64,000 bases of DNA from Octopus sinensis (taxonomy: Eukaryota): the NCBI RefSeq assembly GCF_006345805.1, contig NC_043002.1, positions 98,952,001 through 99,016,000 of the forward strand, read 5' to 3'. This document shows positions 54,097-64,000 of the stretch, piece by piece. The notes beneath the pieces are model-generated. The model was given only the letters and a program-made list of their open reading frames with translations, was not told the origin of the DNA and ran no database searches. The translations under genes and the position numbers were made by a program. Within the stretch, counting starts at the first letter, position 1. Every line of letters begins with the position of its first letter.

Positions 54097-54939
54097 TGTG
54101 TCAGTGTGTGTGTGTATGTGCGCGCGTGTGTGTGTCTGTAATTACATATAGGTGCATATGTATATGTGAGTGCATCATAAGTTGATGTATATCGCCAAAG
54201 GGCTTGAGATATGAAATAAATGTATCAATAAATAAATAAATACGGTTATGTATATCACTACTGTGATGACGACGACGACGACAACGACGACGGTGATAAG
54301 ATATCGATGTCAATGTCTTTGCGATGTGAAACATCAATATATTAGTAATTTCAGTGATTCATCGTCGATGATATTTCTCTAGAACTTATTAATTTTCTCG
54401 CTAAAAGCTTTTCCATTTTCAACTGGATTATGGGATTGTTATTCAAGCCTGACTTGTTTCACACTCAATATGGTGGCCTCAAGTTGTGACCGTGTAATCA
54501 ACGATCAACGTGACTGTTTAATCATAGCGTTTGTCAAGAAAGACGACGACAAAGGAAGATTGTATCGTGTCGGTAGGCATTCTTAAGATGAACTTTGAAT
54601 CAACAGTAGTACTATGGTAGAAATATCAGTTGTAAAAAGGTCAAGATGCAGGAGAGAATGTCACCAAATACACCGAGTGTTTATTAGACCAAAGGGAATT
54701 CTATTGAAATATCTATAACGGGTGTTGAACATTTAACATGGCTGTCAGAAACATTTAAGAAATGATTTGAATGACGTCATGAAGATATTTGCGTACAACT
54801 TCGTCATCTATATTGGATTTATATAATTATAATATAATACGAATGACAATCAGTATGATATTTGCATTTATTTATTGAATTCTTTGTTTTACAAGTTCTT
54901 TTGTGTAATTATTCGTTCTGCGACTCTTACTCGAACTTC

Positions 54940-55330
54940 CTCGGAATTTGTACTCAGAACGTAGCGGCAGACGAAATACCTATTTCTTTACTACCCACAA
55001 GGGGCTAAAGAGAGAGGAGACAAACAAGGACGGACAAACGGATTAAGTCGATTACATCGACCCCAGTGCGTAACTGGTACTTATTTAATCGACCCCGAAT
55101 GGATGAAAGGCAAAGTCGACCTCGGCGGAATTTGAACTCAGAACGTAGCGGCAGACGAAATACCTATTTCTTTACTACCCACAAGGGGCTAAACACAGAG
55201 GAGACAAACAAGGACAGACAAACGGATGAAGTCGATTATATCGACCCCAGTACGTGACTGGTACTTAATTTATCGACCCCGAGAGGATGAAAGGCAAAGT
55301 CGACCTTGGTGGAATTTGGACTCAGAACCT
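54940..55330 (-). mobile_element. SINE family B tandem 3' units
   Basis: The unit gaactcagaacgtagcggcagacgaaatacctatttctttactacccacaaggggctaa is repeated with a period of ~185 bp. Confidence 0.85.
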
Positions 55331-56328
55331 TGATGCAACAAAATATTGTACTTTCTCTGAATTTATTGTTTGCCCTTAGACAAATAATAATTCGTGATTA
55401 AAACATTTTAATTATTTAATCAGAGGAGGAAAAACTGCCCATCAAACTTATCAGGTGGTTTGAGATGGATGAGAGGAATATAAAAGATTTTCTCAGCATG
55501 AACGCCAGTTTCAATACGTACAATTTTCTAAAGTCATCCAAAAATCAGATGTTGATGTCTAATCAGGTAACGATTAAACATTTACTGTAAATGACCCATA
55601 CACCTATATAACCGAAGGCACTAAGCTTTTAATGAATACTGAAAGCCAGTAACAGTTTGCTTCTCTAATCACTAATAGAACTGCAAGAGTTAGGAGTGTT
55701 TAGCTAGTTTGCATTGCTGAATTGCAACAAGTCCTGCGATTACATACAGTTCACAGAGGGAAAGATACCACCAAAGCTTCTTTGAACTGTGGTTGTATGA
55801 TTTACCACAGCTTCAAAAGTCAACAAGTTTCTCAAAATCTAGCTTTCACTTTTGACAAATTTATCTCGCTGTAAGTCAGTATATAAATGAGTGGTTTATA
55901 GTGTTTAGTAATCGACTTTCATATATATATATATAGGCATGCATGATTATCTGCGCCTTTATGTGTATATGTATATTTGCGCGTCTGTAAGTATATGTGA
56001 GTGTATATATATATATATATATATTCTTTTATGCTTTTATTCTTATACTCATTTGAGTCATTTGAATGCAGCCATGCTGGAGCACTGCCCAAAGTTTGCC
56101 ACGCAGTGGAACTGAAGCCGGAACCATGTGGTTGGGAAACAAGATTCATACCACACACACACACTCACACACACAAACACACACACACACACACATACAT
56201 ATATATATATATTTATATACACACACGCATAAATCTATCTATCTATCTATCGGTTTATTTTTCCTTAGTGTAATGATAGCAAATAAGTCGAAACTTCGAG
56301 ATCACAGGCACACTTTTCCCTGTATATA

Positions 56329-56398
<70 letters not shown>

Positions 56399-56410
56399 AT
56401 ATACATATAC

Positions 56411-56457
<47 letters not shown>

Positions 56458-59003
56458 CACAACTATAATCAAGTAATAATATATTTTCGATACGGTATCA
56501 ATACAGATTAAAAGATGATTATTCAATACTGGTTGATAGGATGAAGTGCGCGCGCACCCACATAAACATAAACACATTTATACAAATAAAGAAATATCCA
56601 TACACAAGCTGAAGGCAAATGTATGTGTGCGTTTGTGTGTGTGTGTATTTTGACCAGCTTCTCATATATCAGGTTGAAAGCGCTATGCGTCGGAGGAGTT
56701 GATGTTATCAACAACACAATTTCCATCAATGATGATTCGTTTTGGTAAAACAGTTTTTGTCAAACAAATACACCTGCAAACGAATTGATAAATTCAAACA
56801 ATGATACATCACTTGTTCACAGAAATATTGTTTCCCAATTGCGCATTTTATATTCTAGGTTTCCAAATCCTACGCTTCGTCATATCTAGCCTAGAACTAT
56901 AATATCAGCTACTATCGACTTATGCTACTAAGGGAATTGAGATACGGAGGCCGTTTATGATTGATCAGTAAGACAATATCTAAAGAAAATGTGGTTGCCT
57001 AGGTTACCAGAAGGGATTTATGTGCAACGTTATAAGGGAAATACTGGACAGTAATTTCCGTTTGTTTTCCCTTGTTTCATGTTCTCAGCGATTTTTCGTG
57101 CACGTATTTAACTTACATGAAGTAGAAGAAGGAAAGATGGCGAATATCAACTTAGCTGAAACTACGAAATATTGTGCTATCAATTAGAAAATTGAGTGTT
57201 CACATCCTACATTGATATTATTCAGTTTCGGACGATTTTCGTCGGTTGCTGATATATTTCTCGGTAATGATATAATGATACGATCTCATGACGACACAAA
57301 GTAGTTAATTAGGCTTTTAATTATGTTTAATTATGTTTTAAGCATGTTATGCAAATTACTATTCTAAACTAAAACCGTTTCTGTCCAGCTTAACGAATTT
57401 TCATTGAGTCTGCCGGTTAATTACAACATTAGAAAATTTCAATTACTGTTTTACAATATCATTAACAATAGATTTTGCCTTGCAGTTACCAGTGATTATT
57501 TGATACAGACCAAACCAAGAAGCAAAAACGTGCATTTACCGATGCCACTACTGCTGTTAGAGGGCTTCCACCAGTTACTAATTTATTTTTGCGTTTTTAA
57601 CAATATACGTCTATAAGAATACAAACTCGGGATGAATACTGCAATTAATTAAGGTTTCAACGAATATCTGCTTTAAGTATGATGCAGAGATTGCTATTTT
57701 TCCACTTATCCCTCTTCCTGCGTCAAAAGTATAAGCTTTGGCGATCATAGAACGCCATGCGTAAGTTCGACGATTCATGATTTTTCTCAGGGAAGATACA
57801 GAAGTATTTTCTCTTGGTGACTTCTGCCGGTTTATTTACAATTTAGTCTACTAGTCTCCGGCCTTCCTGAGCTTACATATGAGACGCAGGGTGTGTTTAA
57901 CCTTTAGGCCGGAGAAATGGTTCAAGTGACATCAGAGCATATACAGTGTGCCTCTGTGACATATTTCTAGTAGCCAACTCTGCTCTGAGTACAATATACC
58001 TTAATCTATCAGGCCATTTTCTGCTACGTGACTCATAATTGGCATCTCTGAAAGGTACTAGCAACCATGGCCAGACCAGGGAGTATTGCTGAGTTAGGGG
58101 TAATCTGACTGCCACAAACACCTGAAGTTCTGAGTTCGATCCTCCCGACCGAATATGTTTAATGCCATGCTCGAAACCTTTTTTTTTTATCAATCTAACA
58201 GTGAGATATATTTATCGCATAAAAACAATATTCAAATATCACACAGTGTCTATCACTAACAGTATAGGAATATATATAAGCTTGTGACTAATTTTTAATG
58301 TTTCATCTTTTAATCTTTTTTTAATACTTTTTCCTTTGAAATCTAACCAAACTATCTTCTTGGTTTCAAATAATACACAGGTAACAAATATTTGTTTTTC
58401 GCGTTCCAAAGATGAAAATACTTGTTTCTTGCAGTATGTTTGTGTTGAATCCAACAGGTCTTTATCCGGTCTTATATTTCTGGCATGAAATTCTGCCTGG
58501 TCGACTTTACTTTTCATTTTTTCGGAGGAGTTAAATTAGGTACAAGTTGGGCACTGGGGCGCTGATGCCAAAGGACGAATTTTCAAAGTGATTAGGGCGT
58601 TAGTAGCCGATGTTTTCCCATATTTGTTCCAACTCGCTGAGTTCTACGATCAAATTCTATCTAGGTCAACTTTAACCTTTTTTTCGTTTTCGAAGTCGAT
58701 AAAAGTATATCAATCCAAGGTGGCAGATTGGGGAAATTGTTACAGGAGTCGGACAAGATTTTTTGCAACAGTATCTCTGGCTTTATGTGTCCTAACAGTA
58801 ACGCTTGCGACGATACAGTTGCCGCAGCTATCTCTTGTAACGATCGGTGGCATGCTCAGAGGGTAGAAGTGATTGCATGAGCAATTGCCGGACTTCTTCT
58901 AAAGAATCTCGTCCAATCATGCACATGACTAATTGAGGCCCAATTAATATCTTGAATGTAATCTTTCTATTCTATTTTAGATATTTTGAAATGTATCCAC
59001 ACA

Positions 59004-59063
59004 TAGTGGTTAGGAATCCTGGCTCTCACCCAGGCGGCCCGGGTTCGATTCCCGGCAAGGGAA
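59004..59063 (+). tRNA. 5'-truncated tRNA-Glu(CTC) pseudogene
   Basis: TAGTGGTTAGG D-loop; anticodon arm CCTGG-CT-CTC-AC-CCAGG; T arm CCGGG-TTCGATT-CCCGG; 3' acceptor CAAGGGA-A. The 5' acceptor strand (expected TCCCTTG) is missing and no CCA is encoded. Confidence 0.85.
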
Positions 59064-60575
59064 CGTATTCTTTAGACCGATAGAATAAGTGCTAGGCTTA
59101 CAAAGAATAAGTCCTAGGTCGATTTGCTCGACTAAAGGCGGTGCTCCAGCATGGTCGCAGTCACATAACTGAAACAAGTAAAGGAGTAAACGAGTATATT
59201 TTGCTTTCGCCAAATAAACGTATCATTTTATCATCTTCCCTCTTATATTTTTCTCTCTTAACTTATTCTTTCTGTGCCATCTCATTTCAATGTTTTCTTT
59301 AATATGGTCTCTGGCATGCTTATATTTCCCCTCCACTTTGTGTCGAAATATTCACTTTACGTTTGAGATACACTTTCGTCCTTATGAACAATATGGCCGA
59401 ATGATTAAGAAGTCCGCGTCGCTATCACGATGTATCAGGTTTGATCTCATTGCTTGCTATAGTGAGCAAATGTTATTTCTAACACCCTCGGTTCGACACA
59501 TAAGCCCAGCAATAAAACTCGGTATATAAAACCCGTAAAGAAAGGATTGCACCTCTAATCGAAAACTACAGCCCTGCCTCATACTGCATCGCACTGATTC
59601 TAGCCGAGAATTACCTTAAGGGTACATGTGTTTGCTCGGCCTCTTGCACATTAAGGAGCAGTTAATTCAGTCAATTGAACAGCTGAATCCTCATGGTCGA
59701 GCAGCAGAGCTCAGCAGCCCTTTAGTCAACCTTATCATAAATCATTCTGACTAACCGTTAATCTCCCACCCCCATTTTATTGTGCCTTCCTGTAACTGAT
59801 CCCGATGTTTCCTCTCTGATTTTAGTTTGACCTTCTTAAGATATTATCTAAAATATAATTATTTCACCTAGTTATCCAAATGACTAGACAAAGGATCTCT
59901 ATGTATTTTAGAAGAACAGTAAGTAGTGGGCAGTCATGCTTTACGCAATTGTATTTACAGTAACATTTAATCCTTCATATGGTCATTTTACCTACTAGAA
60001 ATAGCAACCAAATCTCCATCAAATTATATATGACTATCTGAAAGGACACATTAAATGATGCGATTCTAGATATATTGTGTTTATTCGTTTTTTTTCTTTT
60101 GCTTGTTTCATTCATTAGATGCGGCTATGCTATGGAAATATCCTCAAGTTTGTCAAATCAATGTAGTACTCGTTTTTAAGTCAGGTATTGACAGCTATTT
60201 CTTTCAGTGTGCCTCCTACTTTTTAGAGGTGTATGCAAACCAGCAAGTGATGAAAGACAAACAACAGAGAAGCAAGCAAACAGAACTATATGTATAGGCG
60301 ACCGGCTTCTAAACAGTCTCCAGTTACAAATTTTATTCATCATAAAATTTTATTCATCATAACCTATTCGACCAAGTGCTATTGCAAAATACATTTCGTC
60401 AAGGTACCGTATAGTGGAATTGAACGTGAAACCACGTGGTTGTGAAACAAAACTCTTTACCAGACAGTCTTGTCTGGAATAGAAAAAAATATAGGACAAA
60501 TATAAAAAAGTAATGTAAAAAGCTAGAATGACCTTTGAGCATGGTGGTGAGAGACATAAATGACTTAGGATCATT

Positions 60576-60963
60576 GGATGGAAGCACTCCGTCGGTTACG
60601 ACGACGAGGGTTCCGGTTGGTCCGAATCAACGGAACAGCCTGCTCGTGAAATTAACGTGTAAGTGGCTGAGCACTCCACAGACACGTGTACCCTTAACGT
60701 AGTTCTCGGGGATATTCAGCGTGACACAGAGAGTGACAAGGCCGGCCCTTTGAAATACAGGTACAACAGAAACAGAAAGTAAGAATGAGAGAAAGTAGTG
60801 GTGAAAGAGTACAGCAGGGATCACCACCATCCCCTGCCGGAGCCTCGTGGAGCTTTAGGTGTTTTCGCTCAATAAACACTCACAACGCCCGATCTGGGAA
60901 TCGAAACCGCGATCCTATGGCCGCGAGTCCGCTGCCCTAACCACTGGGCCATTGCGCCTCCAC
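60576..60963 (-). mobile_element. SINE family A copy
   Basis: 13-bp TSD acttaggatcatt at 60563-60575 / 60964-60976. Confidence 0.9.
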
Positions 60964-61518
60964 ACTTAGGATCATTACAACAATAACAACGTAAACAGAA
61001 AACTCAAATGCCTGGAATGTGTTTTGAAGTCAGATAAGAGTATATTAATCTGAGGGGTGCTTACTGAGTCAAGTCATGAATTTTACTCACGTGTAAATCT
61101 TAATTCCCTTTCTGGAAAATGCTTGCAGGTGATATAAACACCGTATGTAATCCTAGGGTTTCTTGTACAAACAGCAATTACACGGTGATTCTCTAATAAA
61201 AACAAATCATTTTGTTATTCTACAGGCTCACAGGAAATTTTCCTTGTATTCATTACATGTGTGCATTCGTTTGTGTGTGTTTATGTGCGCAGACATTGAC
61301 AAGATAGCTGGTGTATAAGCATACCATACGGATTCATACGTATATGTGGTGTGCATGTACGTGTGTGCGCGTGAATGTGTGTGTATGTGTGCGTTCGGTA
61401 GGATAGGAACGTTGTTATTCAACAGCATACTAATTATCACAGATCAATGAAATTGTAACCTGAAGCTCATTGTTAATTAGTTCACGAAAGCTTAATATAT
61501 TTAAAGAAGGAGTGTACT

Positions 61519-61557
<39 letters not shown>

Positions 61558-62037
61558 ACGCACAAACACGCATACACACATGCACCACACATACACCACA
61601 CACGCTCACACATACATACGTAGATGCAAAGGAAGTCTTCAGTTTTACGCGAACTCAATGCATGCACACACATACACACAAAAACATACGCACTCATAAT
61701 TAGCTGCAGATGATGTCTTCAGTTTTACACAAACTCATTACACAAACACACACACGCACACACATAACAAAATAGCTTGCTGCTGACACAGTGTAGTTTG
61801 GAGTTATTCGACTTCAGTTCCTTTGTTTCGATTTCTTCAAGAACAACACCTGTTATTCTTAAAGAAATATTAAGATTGAAAATGAAGACGGATAAATCCA
61901 AGTTACTTTGCACTACATCTGTTATTTATTTTAACGTGTTATAAATACTCCACTCGTGTAACAAGTATTATGTTATTTTGTTGCTTCATAGTAAGTCACA
62001 AATAAATTATCACCACTCCCAACACGCAACACACACT

Positions 62038-62071
<34 letters not shown>

Positions 62072-62304
62072 CATATATATGTGTGTGTGTGTGTGTGAGG
62101 AGAAATAGAAAGCGAGAGAGAGATGGCAAAGGATAGAAATAGTGACAGATCCGTATACGCACACTCATTCGCGTGTATACACATGCATACGTACATGTTG
62201 ACATGCTCTATATACTCCTTACTCTTTTTACTTGTTTCAGTCATTTGATTGTGGCCATGCTGGAGCACCGCCTTTAGTCGAGTAAATCGACTCCAGGACT
62301 TATT

Positions 62305-62520
62305 CTTTTATATATATATATATATGGGGAGTTTACGAAAGAAACAAAAGACGAAGCCAGGTGGTGTACAAAACAAACAGATGTATTAGTATAACGCTCA
62401 GGAATCGAAAAAGTCTTTTATGTTTCGAGCCTACGCTCTTCTACTGAAAGGGACACAGAAAAAACTAGGAGCGAAACAAGGAGAGAAAAAAGGAGAGTAG
62501 ATATAAATACACACATACAT
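62305..62520 (-). mobile_element. PLE-type terminal fragment with a degenerate hammerhead (62415-62450), inserted into a SINE
   Basis: Minus strand reads cttt-CAGTAGA-a-gagc(gtag)gctc-GAAA-cata-aaag. It separates the two halves (62218-62300 and 62535-62845) of a family-C SINE. Confidence 0.55.
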
Positions 62521-63208
62521 ATGTAATGTCCAATAGTACTTATTCTATCAGACTCTTTTGCCGAACCGCTAAGTTACGGTGACGTAAGTACACCAGCATC
62601 GGTTGTCAAGCGACGTTGTGGGAAAAAACACAGACACACAAACATACACAGACTCACAAACACACACACGCGCATATATATATATATATATACGACGGGA
62701 TTCTTTCAGTTTACATCTACTAAATCCACTCATAAGGCTTTGGTCGACCCGACGCTATAGTAGTAGACACTTGCCCAAGGTGCCACGCACTGGGACTGAA
62801 CACGGAACCATGTGGCTGGTAAACAATCTACTTATCACACAGTCACTGCTACGCCGTCTTTGAACAAAATATAAAATAGCCTGAAATTTTACCAAAGTGA
62901 GAACCTCTATGTGGTTGATCTGCTTGATAAAATAGCAGCCAAATCTTCTTCACACCACGCCATCGCATCTTATAAACGACAGATTGGACAATGTTTTCTG
63001 GTAAAAAATAACGGTATGTTCATCTCAGGAATAATTATTGAAGATAAGATTGTATCCTCTGTCAAGACTGATGTGGGTCAAAAGAAGATGTTGAAAAATA
63101 CTGTTTTAATTATATGACATGCTAAATATACATAAATGTGCATCGCACATGCAAACAGGTACACATACACACACACATACACACACACACATACACACAC
63201 ACACACAT

Positions 63209-63266
<58 letters not shown>

Positions 63267-64000
63267 GCACATACATACAAACGTGACTGAACTAAACTGG
63301 GTTAAATCAAATGATTGTTCCACGTACCTATTTCTGTACATTCCACGGTAATAACTAGAGGGCTCCCTCATATTCAAACATACTTACACGATCATATACA
63401 TACGCATTTAATTTCACATAGATTTCATATAGCTGAAGCCAATTACCTAAGGTGTATTGCAGTGAAACGCGAACTAAGAAATTGCTGAGAGAACCTCTTT
63501 ATAAATGGTCATGTTTGCACCAAGATTATTTGTTAAATCTATATAAGAAATTTAGGAATGGTGAATTGCACATGATAAAGTTTGATAGGCGGCTTCGATT
63601 ACTTTCTGAAGAATCAGTTAGAAGTGTATAAGAAATGTCTTCTTTAAAAATCGATCGGACATTAGATTCCTTTTGCAATAGCTTACTGAATAAACAAATG
63701 TCTATCTCACAGGAATTCTTTATTTATTAAACAAACGGGAAAACTTTTCTGAATAAAAGTCTTTCAAGATGGTGATGGAAAAGACTGGAAATATATTTTA
63801 TACTTTTTCGTATTATTAATTTTTGTTTGCTTTTGAATTAAGCTGCAGCTGCCAAGTACTTTATTCTTTCCTTTGCCAATGAGAATGTTATGACATTTAA
63901 ACCAGTTACATTTTGAATCCGTAAGGTCAAATTATACCTCACTCCAACTTAAATGATTCCACTAAGAAACAAAGGAAAGAATATCTGTTAAAACCACAAA

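Noticed and set aside
57897-58193. 98-aa ORF as a gene
   Set aside because: It overlaps a degenerate SINE head (gagttcgatcc) on the other strand and has no recognisable domain.

Overview
AT-rich, microsatellite-dense eukaryotic DNA. The SINE repertoire resembles octopod cephalopod (Octopus) repeats; this assignment is from recognition and was not checked by search. There is one clear host gene: a single-ORF SAXO/FAM154-family axonemal microtubule-inner-protein gene (35408-36742, minus strand) with an upstream TATA box and CRE-like site. The rest is transposon-derived: at least four tRNA-headed SINE families, two Helentron/HINE-like copies, RTE LINE remnants, a probable solo LTR, a 5'-truncated tRNA-Glu, and a near-complete Penelope-like retroelement (RT + GIY-YIG) bracketed by ~505-bp inverted repeats. 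The most striking signal is a family of fold-back elements beside (TA)n tracts, with spacers of 0 bp, ~210 bp and ~2.6 kb. They carry outward-reading minimal type-I hammerhead-ribozyme motifs, some canonical and some with a compensatory U3-A8 core. One is a 774-bp spacerless palindrome that shares terminal signatures with the Penelope element. Almost all ORFs in the supplied track are microsatellite or SINE artefacts.
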